Source: an uncultured delta proteobacterium
Lineage (GTDB): Bacteria; Desulfobacterota; Desulfobacteria; Desulfobacterales; Desulfatirhabdiaceae
Direction: 5' to 3'
NCBI GenBank assembly: GCA_963789395.1
Contig: CAWBKP010000010.1
Span: forward strand, 96,001 to 160,000
Length of the DNA: 64,000 bases
The notes beneath the pieces are model-generated. The model was not told where the DNA came from and searched no databases. It saw only the letters and a list, made by a program, of their open reading frames with translations. Made by a program: the position numbers and the translations under genes. Numbering within the stretch: the first letter of the stretch is position 1; the number at the start of each line of letters is the position of its first letter. Positions 35,410-48,916 of the stretch are shown piece by piece.

Positions 35410-35790
35410 ATGTTTATCGAAAAAGATCTCTTTGCACAGCATGTTGGAATTGAACTCATCGAAATGGCCGAAGGAAGCGCCAAAGCCAGACTCAAAATCC
35501 AGAAACACCATCTAAACGGCGCCGGACTGACGCAAGGCGGCGTGGTTTTCACCTTGTCTGATCTGGTTTTTGCCGCTGCATCCAATGCCTATGGTCCATT
35601 GGCCGTGGCCATCAACGCCAGCATCTCCTTTGTCAAGGCCAGCACCGAAGGTGCGGTGCTGACTGCCGAAGCCAAAGAGGTTTCCCGCAATCGCAAACTG
35701 GCCACCTATACCATTCTCGTTACCGATGAAACGGAAGACACAGTGGCCATATTTCAGGGAATGGTTTACATCAAACCTTCAAAAAAATGA
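35410..35790 (+). CDS. PaaI-family hotdog thioesterase
   Basis: DLFAQHVGIE, HLNGAGLTQGGVVFTLSD, AASN. Start is uncertain. Confidence 0.88.
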   Translation: MFIEKDLFAQHVGIELIEMAEGSAKARLKIQKHHLNGAGLTQGGVVFTLSDLVFAAASNAYGPLAVAINASISFVKASTEGAVLTAEAKEVSRNRKLATYTILVTDETEDTVAIFQGMVYIKPSKK

Positions 35791-35838
35791 ACCCCACCGA
35801 CGGTTTTGAGTTACCCCCGCCTCGGGAGATAATCTGAA

Positions 35839-37140
35839 ATGAGAGTTCTTCTGATTTCCGCCAATACAGAGCAATCAATATGCCGGTGCTGCCGCTGGGT
35901 ATGGCCTGCATTGCCGCAGCCGCGCAGAACGCCGGGCATGAGGTGAAAACCCTGAATCTCATGATGCAAACTGATGTCCGCACTCCGATTGCAACTGCAA
36001 TTAAAGCGTTTTCTCCTGAAGTTATCGGCATATCGGTCCGGAATATTGACGATCAGGTCATGGAAACCCCGACTTTTCTCTTGGATTCGGTCAGAAATGT
36101 CGTTTCAGACTGCCGAAGCCTTTCCAATGCGCCCATTGTTTTGGGCGGCGCGGGTTACAGCATTTTTCCGAAAACCGCTTTGGCCTATCTTGGCGCGGAC
36201 ATGGGCATTCAGGGAGAAGGCGAAGCCGCCTTTCTCCTGCTTCTGGAACGACTGAGCCGCAAAACGGATTTATCCGGGATCCCGGGTCTTTATCTGCCGG
36301 AATCCGGCCCTTCTGAAAAGCCGCCGGAAAAGCCGATGATCACCCGGAATCTGGATACATTCCCCATACCGCTGCCCAACATCCATCTTATCTCCCCATT
36401 CCGGCATCAAAGAAGACCAGTTGTGGATTCCGTTTCAGACCCGGCGGGGATGCCCCATGGATTGCAGTTATTGTTCCACGGCAACCATCGAGGGCCGGAT
36501 TCTCAGAAAATTTTCTCCTCAAAAGGCTGTTGAAGGGCTTTGCCGGTATGTAGAAGCCGGGTTCCATCAGTTTTTCTTTGTGGACAACACGTTTAACCTT
36601 CCGCCATCTTATGCCAAAGCGCTTTGTGATGCCATCATCGCCGCCGGACTGAATATCCGGTGGCGATGTATTCTCTATCCCTGGCAGGCGGATGATGCGC
36701 TCATCGAAAAAATGGCCAAGGCCGGATGCAGGGAAGTGAGTTTCGGATTTGAAAGCGGCTCCGAAAAAATCCTGAAAAACCTGAACAAACGCTTTACACC
36801 CGATGACATCGTAAGAATTTCTGAAACCCTTAAAAAACATGGCATTCGGCGAATGGGGTTTTTACTGCTGGGCGGCCCCGGCGAGACAATGGAAACCGTC
36901 ATGCAAAGCCTGCATTTTGCGGATGCATTGCAGCTTGAGGCCATGAAAATCACAACCGGCATCCGGATTTACCCTTACACGGCACTGGCCCGGATTGCCA
37001 TCAGCGAAGGCGTGATTGCCTCGGAAGCCGAGCTGATATTTCCCCAGATTTTACATGGCCAAAAACTTGAAAGACCGTCTGATGGAAACCGTCACGCAAT
37101 GGATGAAATCGCGTCCGAACTGGTTAAGGTAAGGATATGA
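35839..37140 (+). CDS. B12-binding domain radical SAM protein (frameshifted)
   Basis: MRVLLISANTE..PVLPLG, GISVRNID, LGGAGYS, QTRRGCPMDCSYC (CxxxCxxC), FVDNTFN, FGFESGS. Confidence 0.9.
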
Positions 37141-37144
37141 TCTC

Positions 37145-37919
37145 ATGACAATTTCATATTCCGTTATCATTCCCGCTTACAATGAACAGGAGTGTGCTGC
37201 CCGCAACGCTGGATGCGCTGCAAAAGGCCATGAAAGCGATTGACATGGCCGGAGAGATGATTGTTGCGGACAACAATTCACGGGACAGAACGCCTGAAAT
37301 TGCAAGGGAACACGGCGCCATTGTCGTGTTTGAGCCGATAAATCAGATTTCAAGAGCCCGCAATGCCGGCGCAAAGGCCGCCAGGGGCCGGTATCTGATT
37401 TTTCTGGATGCGGACACGATTATTTCCCCGCGCTGCTCCAAAAAGCATTGGATAATCTTTCAAGCGGCGCCTGCTGCGGCGGCGGTGCCAAAGTGGTTTA
37501 TGAAGGCGAGCTTCCCGGCATTGTCAGGGGTGCGACTGAACTCTGGAACTATTTTTCTGTTAAATTCGGTATGGCTGCCGGCTGTTTTATCTATTGCCTG
37601 AAAGAAGCTTTCGATGCTGTTGGCGGCTTCAGCCAAACCGTCTATGCCAGCGAAGAAATCTGGTTTTCCTGGAAATTGCGGGCATGGGGAAAACTGCGTC
37701 ATATGGATTTCCGGATTATCGACAGCCCTCCGCTGATAACTTCCAGCCGCAAACTGAAGTGGTTTTCGCTGCCAAGCATATTCGGCGATGTTTTTGCTAT
37801 TCTCTTTATTTCCTTTTGCACTCCGATTCCGTCCTTTATGCCGCTTGTGGTATGAAAGGCCCGATGAAAATCATCCTCGGTTAATAAACGATGGGCCTGA
37901 AGAAATAAGGAAATCATGA
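37145..37919 (+). CDS. Glycosyltransferase family 2 (frameshifted)
   Basis: YSVIIPAYNE, VADNNSRD, ARNAGA, FLDAD, GGF..YASEE, TSSRK. The inferred stop overlaps the next ATG (ATGA). Confidence 0.85.
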
Positions 37920-38686
37920 TTCATCTGGAACCGTTGATTATCTTGCTGCTCTGCCTGATGTCATTTATCGCCGGATTCATCGACAGCATCGCCGGAGGCG
38001 GGGGGCTCATTTTGCTGCCCTCACTTTTGATTGCCGGAATTCCTCCTCAGGCAGCTCTTGGGACCAATAAATTCGCGGCAATTTTCGGAACCTCCGCCGC
38101 TTTGGCAAATTTCATAAAAAACAAAAAAGTGATATGGAGAATTGCGGTTTTTGGCCTGGGCTTTTCACTTCTGGGTTCGGTGATCGGAACAAAGGCCATA
38201 TTGCTTTTTGACCCGCAGACAACGGCAAAAATCATCATCATGCTGCTTCCGGTTACGGCCATCGTGACGTTTCTTCCCAAAAGGCAATTGAAAACCTCCT
38301 CATCAGAATTCTCCAGCAGGGAATTATATGCCTACATCCCGCTGCTCTGTCTGGTCATCGGCTTCTATGACGGATTCTACGGACCGGGAACCGGAACTTT
38401 TCTCATTTTCGGCTTTTATATCTTCCTTGGCATGCACCTGATAAACGCATCCGCCATATCCAAGGTTTTCAATCTGGCATCCAATATCGGCTCATTCTTC
38501 ACTTTTTTGATGGCCGGCAAGGTTCTCTACGGCATCGGGATCCCGATTGCGGCAGCCAATGTCATCGGCGGATATCTGGGGAGCGTCGTTGCAATCAGGC
38601 AAGGACAAAAACTCATAAAGGGTTTTGTCCTTGCCGTGTTCATGATTCTTCTGGTAACACTGATATTCAGAATGTGGAAAGGATAA
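37916..38686 (+). CDS. TSUP (TauE/SafE, YfcA-like) membrane transporter
   Basis: AGFIDSIAGGGGLI..ALGTNK, GFYDGFYGPGTG. Confidence 0.92.
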   Translation: MIHLEPLIILLLCLMSFIAGFIDSIAGGGGLILLPSLLIAGIPPQAALGTNKFAAIFGTSAALANFIKNKKVIWRIAVFGLGFSLLGSVIGTKAILLFDPQTTAKIIIMLLPVTAIVTFLPKRQLKTSSSEFSSRELYAYIPLLCLVIGFYDGFYGPGTGTFLIFGFYIFLGMHLINASAISKVFNLASNIGSFFTFLMAGKVLYGIGIPIAAANVIGGYLGSVVAIRQGQKLIKGFVLAVFMILLVTLIFRMWKG

Positions 38687-38787
38687 CAGGACTTCAGCGG
38701 TTGCCAAATTAATGGAAATATGGTAAAAAGAATAAATCACCTGTTTGAACCCGCACAAACATAACACCTTCTTCTTTTTGAGACAGG

Positions 38788-39918
38788 ATGCCATTGCCGA
38801 TGAATACAGAATCTTTTAAACACAAGTTTGAACCCTGCTGCCTGGCGACCACCATCGGCAGCCTGCCCCATACGGATGCGGCCCGGGCCACCCGGCTGAT
38901 GCTTCAGAGCACGCCGGAAATTCCTTCCTGGGTTCAGTTTCCCAAACGCACGTTTCATGAAAACATGATGATGCAGTTTACCGAAGGGCTGCCGGCGCTT
39001 GTTCAGGACGGGGATCGCATCTCATTTTCCACCCCGGCCGAAAATTTTGCCGAACAACTGACCGATTTTTACGAACGCTATCTGGCCGCAACCGAAGAAG
39101 GAAATCTTGAAGCCCTCGACAGTTTCGGCCTTTCTTCGCATTACGCCATCGGCTTTTCCGAATTCATGGCCCGGCTTGCGGAGCCGTCGGTGTCGGGCGC
39201 CGCCGTCATGCTGAAAGGCCAGGTCACGGGCCCGTTTACCCTGGGAACGAATCTTGTGGATCAAAACGGGCGCTGCGCCTATTACGATGAACAGCTTCGC
39301 GATGTCATCGTCAAGACCGTTGCGATGAAAGCCATGTGGCAGATGAAACGCTTGGGTGCGTTCGGCCTGCCCGTGATGATTTTTATCGATGAGCCGTCTC
39401 TGCTCGGGTTTGGAAAAATGACGTTTCTTTCCGTCAGTCGCGAAGATGTCATCGGCGACATCAACGAGGTGGCCGCTGTCGTCCACGCAAAAGGCGGGCT
39501 TGCCGGCGTTCACTGTGAAGAGAACACCGACTGGTCCCTTCTGATGGAGACCGATCTGGACATTCTCGACTTCGACGCCTACGATCACCTACAAGGCATC
39601 ACCCTCTATCCTGCGGAGCTGACCCGATTTTTTGCGCGCGGCGGATGTCTGGGCTGGGGCATTGTTCCCACGCTGGATAAAAACGCCGCTGCAACCGAAA
39701 CGGTCGAATCCCTTCTGGCCCGCTTTGAAGAGGGAATAGAGCAATTTGTTGCCAGGGGCTTTGACAGGGAGCTCTTGATACGGCGGGCGCTGATTACCCC
39801 AAGCTGCGGCGCAGGCGGTGTGCTGACCGAGCCGCTGGCGGAACGCGTGCTTGATCTGCTGCGCAATCTGTCCAAGACGCTCCGCATCCGATATGGATTT
39901 TTGCAGCAGGATAAATGA
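38788..39918 (+). CDS. Core (MetE C-terminal-like, folate-independent Mes-type) methionine synthase homolog
   Basis: TTIGSLPH, WVQFP, KGQVTGPFT, FIDEP, GVHCEENTDW, FDAY, WGIVPT, ITPSCG. Confidence 0.75.
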   Translation: MPLPMNTESFKHKFEPCCLATTIGSLPHTDAARATRLMLQSTPEIPSWVQFPKRTFHENMMMQFTEGLPALVQDGDRISFSTPAENFAEQLTDFYERYLAATEEGNLEALDSFGLSSHYAIGFSEFMARLAEPSVSGAAVMLKGQVTGPFTLGTNLVDQNGRCAYYDEQLRDVIVKTVAMKAMWQMKRLGAFGLPVMIFIDEPSLLGFGKMTFLSVSREDVIGDINEVAAVVHAKGGLAGVHCEENTDWSLLMETDLDILDFDAYDHLQGITLYPAELTRFFARGGCLGWGIVPTLDKNAAATETVESLLARFEEGIEQFVARGFDRELLIRRALITPSCGAGGVLTEPLAERVLDLLRNLSKTLRIRYGFLQQDK

Positions 39919-42117
39919 TTCAGCAGGCTAAAGTAATTCTCAAAAACACCTTCGGATATGAAGATTTCCGGCCGCTTCAGCAGGAGATCATCGAGAATAT
40001 TCTCGGGCGAAAAGACACCCTGGTCATCATGCCGACCGGTGGCGGAAAATCCCTGTGTTACCAGATTCCGGCGATGATGTTCGAAGACCTGACGGTGGTG
40101 GTCTCACCACTGATATCCTTGATGAAAGACCAGGTGGAACAACTGACGGCCCTTGGCGTCGGCGCCGTAGTCTTAAACAGCGCGCTTTCCTTTGAAGAAT
40201 ACGGGCAAAACATTTCCCGCATTCTGAGAAACGACGTCAGGCTTCTCTATCTTGCCCCGGAAACCCTCCTGATGCCAAAAACCCTTGCCATGCTGTCCTC
40301 AAGGCGGGTGGACTGCATCGCCATCGATGAGGCACACTGCATATCCGAATGGGGACATGATTTCCGGCCGGAGTACCGTCAGATACTTGCGGTACGAAGC
40401 CAGTTCCCCAGGGCCGTCTGCATGGCACTGACCGCAACCGCAACCCCGAGGGTCCAGAAAGACATTCAGCATTGCCTGAATTTTGAGGCCGGCAATGCAT
40501 TTATCGCAAGCTTCAACCGAAAGAATCTTTTTTTGCAGATCACACAAAAGACAAATCCGGTCCAGCAAACCATTGAATTTATCAAAAAGTTTCCGAATCA
40601 GCCGGGAATCATCTACTGCCTGGCCCGCAAGCAGGTGGATGATCTGACAAAAACATTGACCAAAGCAGGCTTTTCCGTAAAACCCTACCATGCCGGGCTG
40701 CCGGACAACGAACGCCGGCAGAACCAGGAAAGCTTTATCCGGGATGATGTGCAGATCATGACGGCAACCATCGCCTTTGGCATGGGTATCAACAAGCCCA
40801 ATATCCGTTTTGTTCTGCACTACGACCTGCCCCAGAATATTGAAAGTTATTACCAGCAGATCGGACGGGCCGGCAGGGACGGCCTGCGGGCTCATTGCCT
40901 GTTATTGTTCGGTTACGGCGATATCCATAAAATCAAATTCTTCATCAACCAGAAAGCGGATACGGAAAAACGTACCGCCATGTGTTCACTTGAACGCCCT
41001 GATCGGACTGGCTGAAACCCGGAGCTGCCGGCGCATTCCCCTGCTGAGCTATTTTGGAGAAAAATACGCCAATGCCGAATGCGGCATGTGCGACAACTGC
41101 ACATCCGGAGAACAACTGCTGAGCGATCTTTCGATTCCCGCCCAGAAATTTCTGTCCTGCGTGAAACGCTGCGGGGAAATGTTTGGCGCAGACCACATCA
41201 TCGATGTGCTGAGAGGCGGCAAAACGCAAAAAGTCGTAAAATTCAGCCACCAGAATCTGTCCACTTATGGCATCGGAAAGGCGTATTCCAAACAGGAATG
41301 GTTCTATCTCAGCCGGCAACTGCTTCAGGAAGAAGTGTTAATTCAGGACATGGAGCATGGCGCACTGAAGCTGACGCCCAAGGCCTGGGAAGTATTGCGG
41401 GGAAAAGAGCTGTTTTTGGGAAAAATGGATGCCAGGCCGGAGGCCCCTGCCCCGATCAAAAACAGCGAAACCGACTGCGATCAGCCCCTGTTTGCGCTGC
41501 TTCGTGAAAAACGCAAGGAACTGGCCGATATCACCAATGTTCCGCCCTACGTGATCTTTCCGGATAAGACCCTCATCGAGATGGCGATATATTTTCCGCA
41601 ATCTCCGGAGAATCTGCGGCAGCTCCATGGCGTGGGTGCCATAAAAGCTGAAAGATACGGCCAATATTTTCTTGAGATCATCTCTGGGTACTGCAAGGCT
41701 TCTCATATTGCGGAAAAACCAAAGCTCATGGTGACCCCTGATGCCGTCACCCTTGAAAAGACATCAAAACGAAGATACGCCATTGTCGGCGAGGCTTACA
41801 ACGCGGGAAAGACCGTCACGGAACTGGCCGCGGATTATAACGTCAAGCTGACAACCATCATCAATCATCTTTACAACTACGTTTCAGAAGGCTGCTTTCT
41901 TCGGTCCGACAATGCGCTTCTGGCCCTTTCAGCACTGCCTTCAGACCAGCGGACCGCTGTTCTGGAAACATACGACAGGCTGGGAACGGAACAATTAAAG
42001 CCTGTTTTCGATGCCTTAAATGGAAAAGTGTGTTATGATGAGCTTTATTTGCTTCGGCTGTACCATCTTGTAAGGGGCCGGGGGCCGGAACCCGATGTAT
42101 CGCAAACAGACACGTAG
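39915..42117 (+). CDS. recQ: DNA helicase RecQ (frameshift near 40980)
   Basis: MPTGGGKSLCYQ, DEAHCISEWGHDFRP, QIGRAGRDG, Zn-binding RQC, HRDC. Confidence 0.96.
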
Positions 42118-42210
42118 AATCATGACACGAACAAAAAAGCTGGAATCAGCCATGGTTTCCAGCGGGTCGTCAGGCCAGCTTTCGACTTTTGTAACGGTTG
42201 TTAAAACAAT

Positions 42211-42750
42211 ATGAGCGCATTCAGCCCGGAACAGATCATAATCGTCAATCAGGCGGCGGCCATGGCCGAAGAGCTGGTCAGCAACCACTACAAAATGTCC
42301 CTGAGCGAGTGGAAGCGGCCCCGCTATGATATTAAAACCCTGGCTGACCTGGGTCCTGATGAAATCGTCGACGGACCGCTTGCCCAGATCATCCGCTACG
42401 AGGGCAAACCCAAACACGCATCCCTGAACTCTTCGGCCTACGATTTCTACAAAATTTGTTTTCAGGATCATGCCATCGTGAAACTTCTTGCCCAGAACCC
42501 CTCCATTATGTTATTTTCTCTTGTTTTATATATTGCCACGCATGAATTGATTCATATCGTCCGGTTCAGTAAATTTCTGCAAAATTTTCACGCATCGCCG
42601 GATGAAAAACAAGCGGAAGAAAAACGGGTTCACGAAATAACACATGAAATCCTGAGCGATATCAAATTATGCGGAATGTCGGAAGTATTTGATTTTTCTA
42701 AGACTTGGCGATTTCCGCTCGATAGTTTGACAGACTCGCTCGAAAAATAT
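42211..42750 (+). CDS. Hypothetical protein with a HExxH motif (3' end uncertain)
   Basis: YIATHELIHIVRF. The tracked ORF runs to 42978 through the next promoter and gene, so an indel near 42730 is suspected. Confidence 0.65.
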
Positions 42751-42763
42751 TTCCGGCTGATTC

Positions 42764-42792
42764 TTGACAAGAACAATTCTTACATTATGTTT
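42764..42792 (+). promoter_or_regulatory. Sigma70-like promoter for fmdB-like gene/groESL
   Basis: TTGACA followed by an AT-rich -10-like region (TACATTATGTT), about 70 nt before an AGGAGG-preceded ATG. Confidence 0.45.
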
Positions 42793-42860
42793 AGTTCGAT
42801 TCGGGCACAGAGATTTTATCAGTTAATTTGCTCCCAAAATCATTTCAGGAGGATTGCAAC

Positions 42861-43148
42861 ATGCCGATTTATGAATATGAATGCGCCCAATGCGGCGCAG
42901 TGGAAGAAGCCATTCAGAATTTTTCCGACAAACCGCTTACTGTATGTAAAAACTGTTCCGGTCATCTTCATAAACTGATTTCCCAGAGCAGCTTTCACCT
43001 GAAAGGAACGGGATGGTATGTAACGGACTATGCCGGAAAAAATCACAATGCCACATCCGCACCCAAAAAATCCGAGGATAATTCCGCATCGCCGTCTGCA
43101 GAAACTGCCGCAGCAAGCTCAAAAACATCCGATAGCTCCGATTCATAA
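42861..43148 (+). CDS. FmdB-family zinc-ribbon protein
   Basis: MPIYEYECxxC...CxxC...FHLKGTGWYVTDY; AGGAGG RBS. Confidence 0.92.
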   Translation: MPIYEYECAQCGAVEEAIQNFSDKPLTVCKNCSGHLHKLISQSSFHLKGTGWYVTDYAGKNHNATSAPKKSEDNSASPSAETAAASSKTSDSSDS

Positions 43149-43294
43149 CACGTGCAATACCCTTATATTTCGAAATTTATCATGAAGGGAGGTGGCAATA
43201 TCCTGCTGATACGCTTTTGAAATATTTGATATATTGTTTTCAGTTTTTTCAATGAAATTTTTTATACCAATGGAAATTAAAGGAGAATTAAACC

Positions 43295-43582
43295 ATGAAG
43301 CTCAGACCCTTACAGGATCGCATTGTTGTTAAACGCGTTGCAGAAGAAACCACAACCAAAGGCGGCATTATCATTCCGGATACCGCCAAGGAAAAACCCG
43401 CGGAAGGTAAAGTTGTTGCGGTTGGAAACGGCAAAGTTGCCGATGACGGCAAACGGATTGCCCTGGAGATCAAAACCGGAGACCGCATTCTTTTCGGCAA
43501 GTATTCCGGAACGGAAGTCAAGATTGAAGGCGAAGAATTCCTGATCATGCGGGAAGATGACGTCCTTGGCGTAATTGAATAA
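43295..43582 (+). CDS. groES: Co-chaperonin GroES
   Basis: [25 protein letters not shown]. Confidence 0.98.
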   Translation: MKLRPLQDRIVVKRVAEETTTKGGIIIPDTAKEKPAEGKVVAVGNGKVADDGKRIALEIKTGDRILFGKYSGTEVKIEGEEFLIMREDDVLGVIE

Positions 43583-43616
43583 TAACAGATTGATGTTTAC
43601 AGATATGGAGGAATGA

Positions 43617-45278
<1,662 letters not shown>

Positions 45279-45306
45279 TCCGCAGCTCAATGTAGTTCTT
45301 TTCTCA

Positions 45307-45347
45307 TAAAATGCCTCCATGGATCGTTCATGGAGGCATTTTTTTTC
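45307..45347 (+). terminator. Intrinsic terminator
   Basis: AAAATGCCTCCATG-gatcgtt-CATGGAGGCATTTT followed by a T-tract. Confidence 0.9.
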
Positions 45348-45525
45348 AATTTCATTCTTGACATTGATTGCCATTAAAAATACATATCGAATTTATGTCT
45401 TGAATGTACTTGAATATCGAACAAAGAATGCCGGGTGAAGTTTCCATCGGCATTCTTTGTTCGATATTTTTTGTGTCTCGGTGTTATTTCTGATTTTCGA
45501 TTGGATATTTTCGGGTTATTTTCGA

Positions 45526-46238
45526 ATGGATATACTTTTAGAGGGCATTGTCATCATTTCCGGGAATTACGGCAGCGGAAAAACAGAAGTTGCCATTAAC
45601 CTTGCGGTGCATCGAAAAAGTCAGGGAATGGATGTTCGCGTGGCGGACCTGGATATCGTCAATCCCTATTTCCGAACCCGGGAAGCCCGAAGCCAACTGG
45701 CTGAACTCGGGATCGAGGTGGTTCTGCCTCCGGAACAGTATATGCAGGCGGATCTGCCCATTATAAGCCGTTCCGTCAGCGGTCTGATCCGGCACCCTTC
45801 GGCGCTGACGATACTGGATGTCGGCGGAAACAATGTCGGTGCGATGGTTCTGGCTTCCCTTGCGGATGCATTCCAGGATGCTCCCTACCAGATGCTTCAG
45901 GTGGTCAACCCGTTTCGGCCCCTTACCCAGACCCTTGAAGGGGCTGCTGAAGATGAAAGCGGAAATTGAAAAAGCATCCAAAATGACCGTCAGCGGCTGG
46001 ATCGGAAATGCCAACCTTATCGATGAAAGCACCCCGGAATCCATTCTTACCGGATATGCATTCATGCGGAAGCTCTCCGAAGCCACCGGGCTGCCGCTGG
46101 CGTTCATTACGGCTCCGGCCGGTTTACTGTCCGATTTGAAGACTGAAGCCGTTTTCATGCCCCATACTGCCCATCAAACGGCAACTGGTTCCGCCCTGGA
46201 AGCAGGCTGTCCGGCTGACGGAACAAAAACAGGTCTGA
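45526..46238 (+). CDS. P-loop NTPase (MinD/CbiA-like) leading the 2-oxoacid oxidoreductase operon (frameshifted)
   Basis: GNYGSGKTE, DLDIVNPYFR, DVGG; C-terminus FSCPILPIKRQLVPPW in another frame. Confidence 0.8.
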
Positions 46239-46279
46239 CCTGGTTGTTACGAATCATATACAAAGAGGAATCATTGGCG

Positions 46280-46492
46280 ATGGCCTACCAACATCAAATT
46301 GACGTGGATCGGTGTAAGGGATGCGGTTTATGTGTGGCCGTATGCCCCAAGAATGTACTCGAGATAGCCGGCGAAGTAAATGCCAAAGGCTATTTTCCAG
46401 CCTATCAGGCCAGACCTGAAGACTGCATCTATTGTTCAACCTGCTGCATCATGTGTCCGGACGTGGCCATGTCCATAACGGAAACGCCTTAA
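46280..46492 (+). CDS. 2[4Fe-4S] ferredoxin-like delta subunit of 2-oxoacid:ferredoxin oxidoreductase
   Basis: CKGCGLCVAVCP and CIYCSTCCIMCPD. Confidence 0.92.
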   Translation: MAYQHQIDVDRCKGCGLCVAVCPKNVLEIAGEVNAKGYFPAYQARPEDCIYCSTCCIMCPDVAMSITETP

Positions 46493-46525
46493 CCCTGCAG
46501 CCATAGGGATATTACGGAGGAATCC

Positions 46526-47616
46526 ATGAGCAAAGTTCTCATGAAAGGAAATGAAGCGATCGGGGAAGCCGCCATACGGGCAGGTTGCCTCAATTATTTT
46601 GCCTATCCCATCACCCCCCAGTCCGAGGTGGCCGAATATCTGGCCCGCCGGATGCCGGAGGTCGGCGGCGTTTTTTTGCAGGGTGAAAGCGAGGTGGCTG
46701 TCGGTTATATGATTTTTGGCGCCTCTGCCTGCGGCGCCCGGGTGATGACGACATCATCCAGTCCCGGCGTCAGCCTGATGAGCGAGGCCATCAGTTATAT
46801 CGCCAGCGCCCAGTGCCCGGCGGTCTTTGTCAACATCATGCGCGGCGGTCCGGGTCTTGGCGGAATTCTGCCTTCCCAGGGCGATTATTTTCAGGCCACC
46901 AAAGGCGGCGGACACGGGGATTACCGGCTTCTGGTCCTTGCCCCTGCCAGCGTTCAGGAAGCCGTCGAGATGGTGATGATGGCTTTTCCCCTGGCTGAAA
47001 AATACCGCAACCCGGTCATGATCATGGGCGACGGACTGATCGGCCAGATGATGGAGCCCGTAACATTTCCGGATCATCTCAAGACCCAGCAGTTGAACAC
47101 GGACAGCTGGGCATCAAGTGGCATGGACACCCGAAAGAGCAGCACGCGGAATCTTGTCAAAACCCTGTATCTGGACCCGGTACAGCTTAACGCCCACAAT
47201 CTGCTGCTGAAAGCCAAATATGACCGGATGAAAATCGAGGAAATCCGCTTTGAACCCTATAATATCGAATCGGATTACCAGGTGCTGATCGTCAGCTATG
47301 GCACGATGAGCCGGGTGTGCCGAACCGCCATCGACAATTTAAAGGCCGGCGGTCTTGAAGTGGCCATGATCCGGCCGCAAACCCTTTTTCCCTTTCCGGA
47401 AATGGCCATTCGCGAAGCCGCCGCCAAGAAAAGCTGCAAGACGGTCATCAGCATCGAAATGAGCATGGGGCAGATGGTCGAAGATGTGGAGCGAAGCGTT
47501 CAGGGCAGAAAACCGGTTGAATGGTATGGAAAATGCGGGGGAGAAGTCCCCACGCCCGAGGAAATCATGGAAGTGGTTCAATCTTATGTTTCGCCGCAAC
47601 GAAAGGAGCAGAACTG

Positions 47617-47617
<1 letters not shown>
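46526..47617 (+). CDS. vorB: 2-oxoacid:ferredoxin oxidoreductase alpha subunit (VorB-like)
   Basis: MKGNEAIGEAA, YPITPQSE, TSSSPG, GGGHGDY. Confidence 0.9.
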
Positions 47618-48370
<753 letters not shown>

Positions 48371-48381
<11 letters not shown>

Positions 48382-48916
48382 AGTCATGTTTGCCGGTTTT
48401 GGCGGCCAGGGCATTTTGTTAAGCGCCAAGATTTTAGCTCATGCCGCCATGGAACAAGGATTTGAAGTGGTCTGGATCCCTTCCTACGGCCCTGAAATGC
48501 GGGGGGGAACCGCCTATTGCATGGTCGTCATCAGCGACCGGCCCATCGGCTCTCCCATCATCCGCAATCCCATGCACCTGGTGGCCATGAACCGGCCCTC
48601 ACTGGAAAAATTTGCTCCCCTGGTAAAACCGGGGGGCGTCATCTTGATCAACAGCTCCCTGATAACCGTTGGCTGCGGCAGAACCGACGTGGACGAGTTC
48701 ATCGTTCCGGTCAATGACATCGCTATCGGCCTCGGGAGCATCCGATCCGCCAATATTGTGGCCCTGTCCGCTTTTGCCGCCCGCAGTAAAATGGTGGACA
48801 ATGACATCCTGCGTGAATGCGTCAAGGAGGAGTTTTCCAGCAAAGCCAAACTCATTCCCCTGAACATGAAGGCGGTTGATGAAGGACAGAAGGCTGCAAA
48901 AATATCGGGCCCATGA
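48371..48916 (+). CDS. 2-oxoacid:ferredoxin oxidoreductase gamma subunit
   Basis: AGFGGQG, PSYGPEMRGG. Confidence 0.92.

Noticed and set aside
45818..46492. Apparent NTPase-ferredoxin fusion ORF
   Set aside because: An indel explains it: the NTPase C-terminus ends in another frame at 46238 and the ferredoxin has its own GAGGA RBS.
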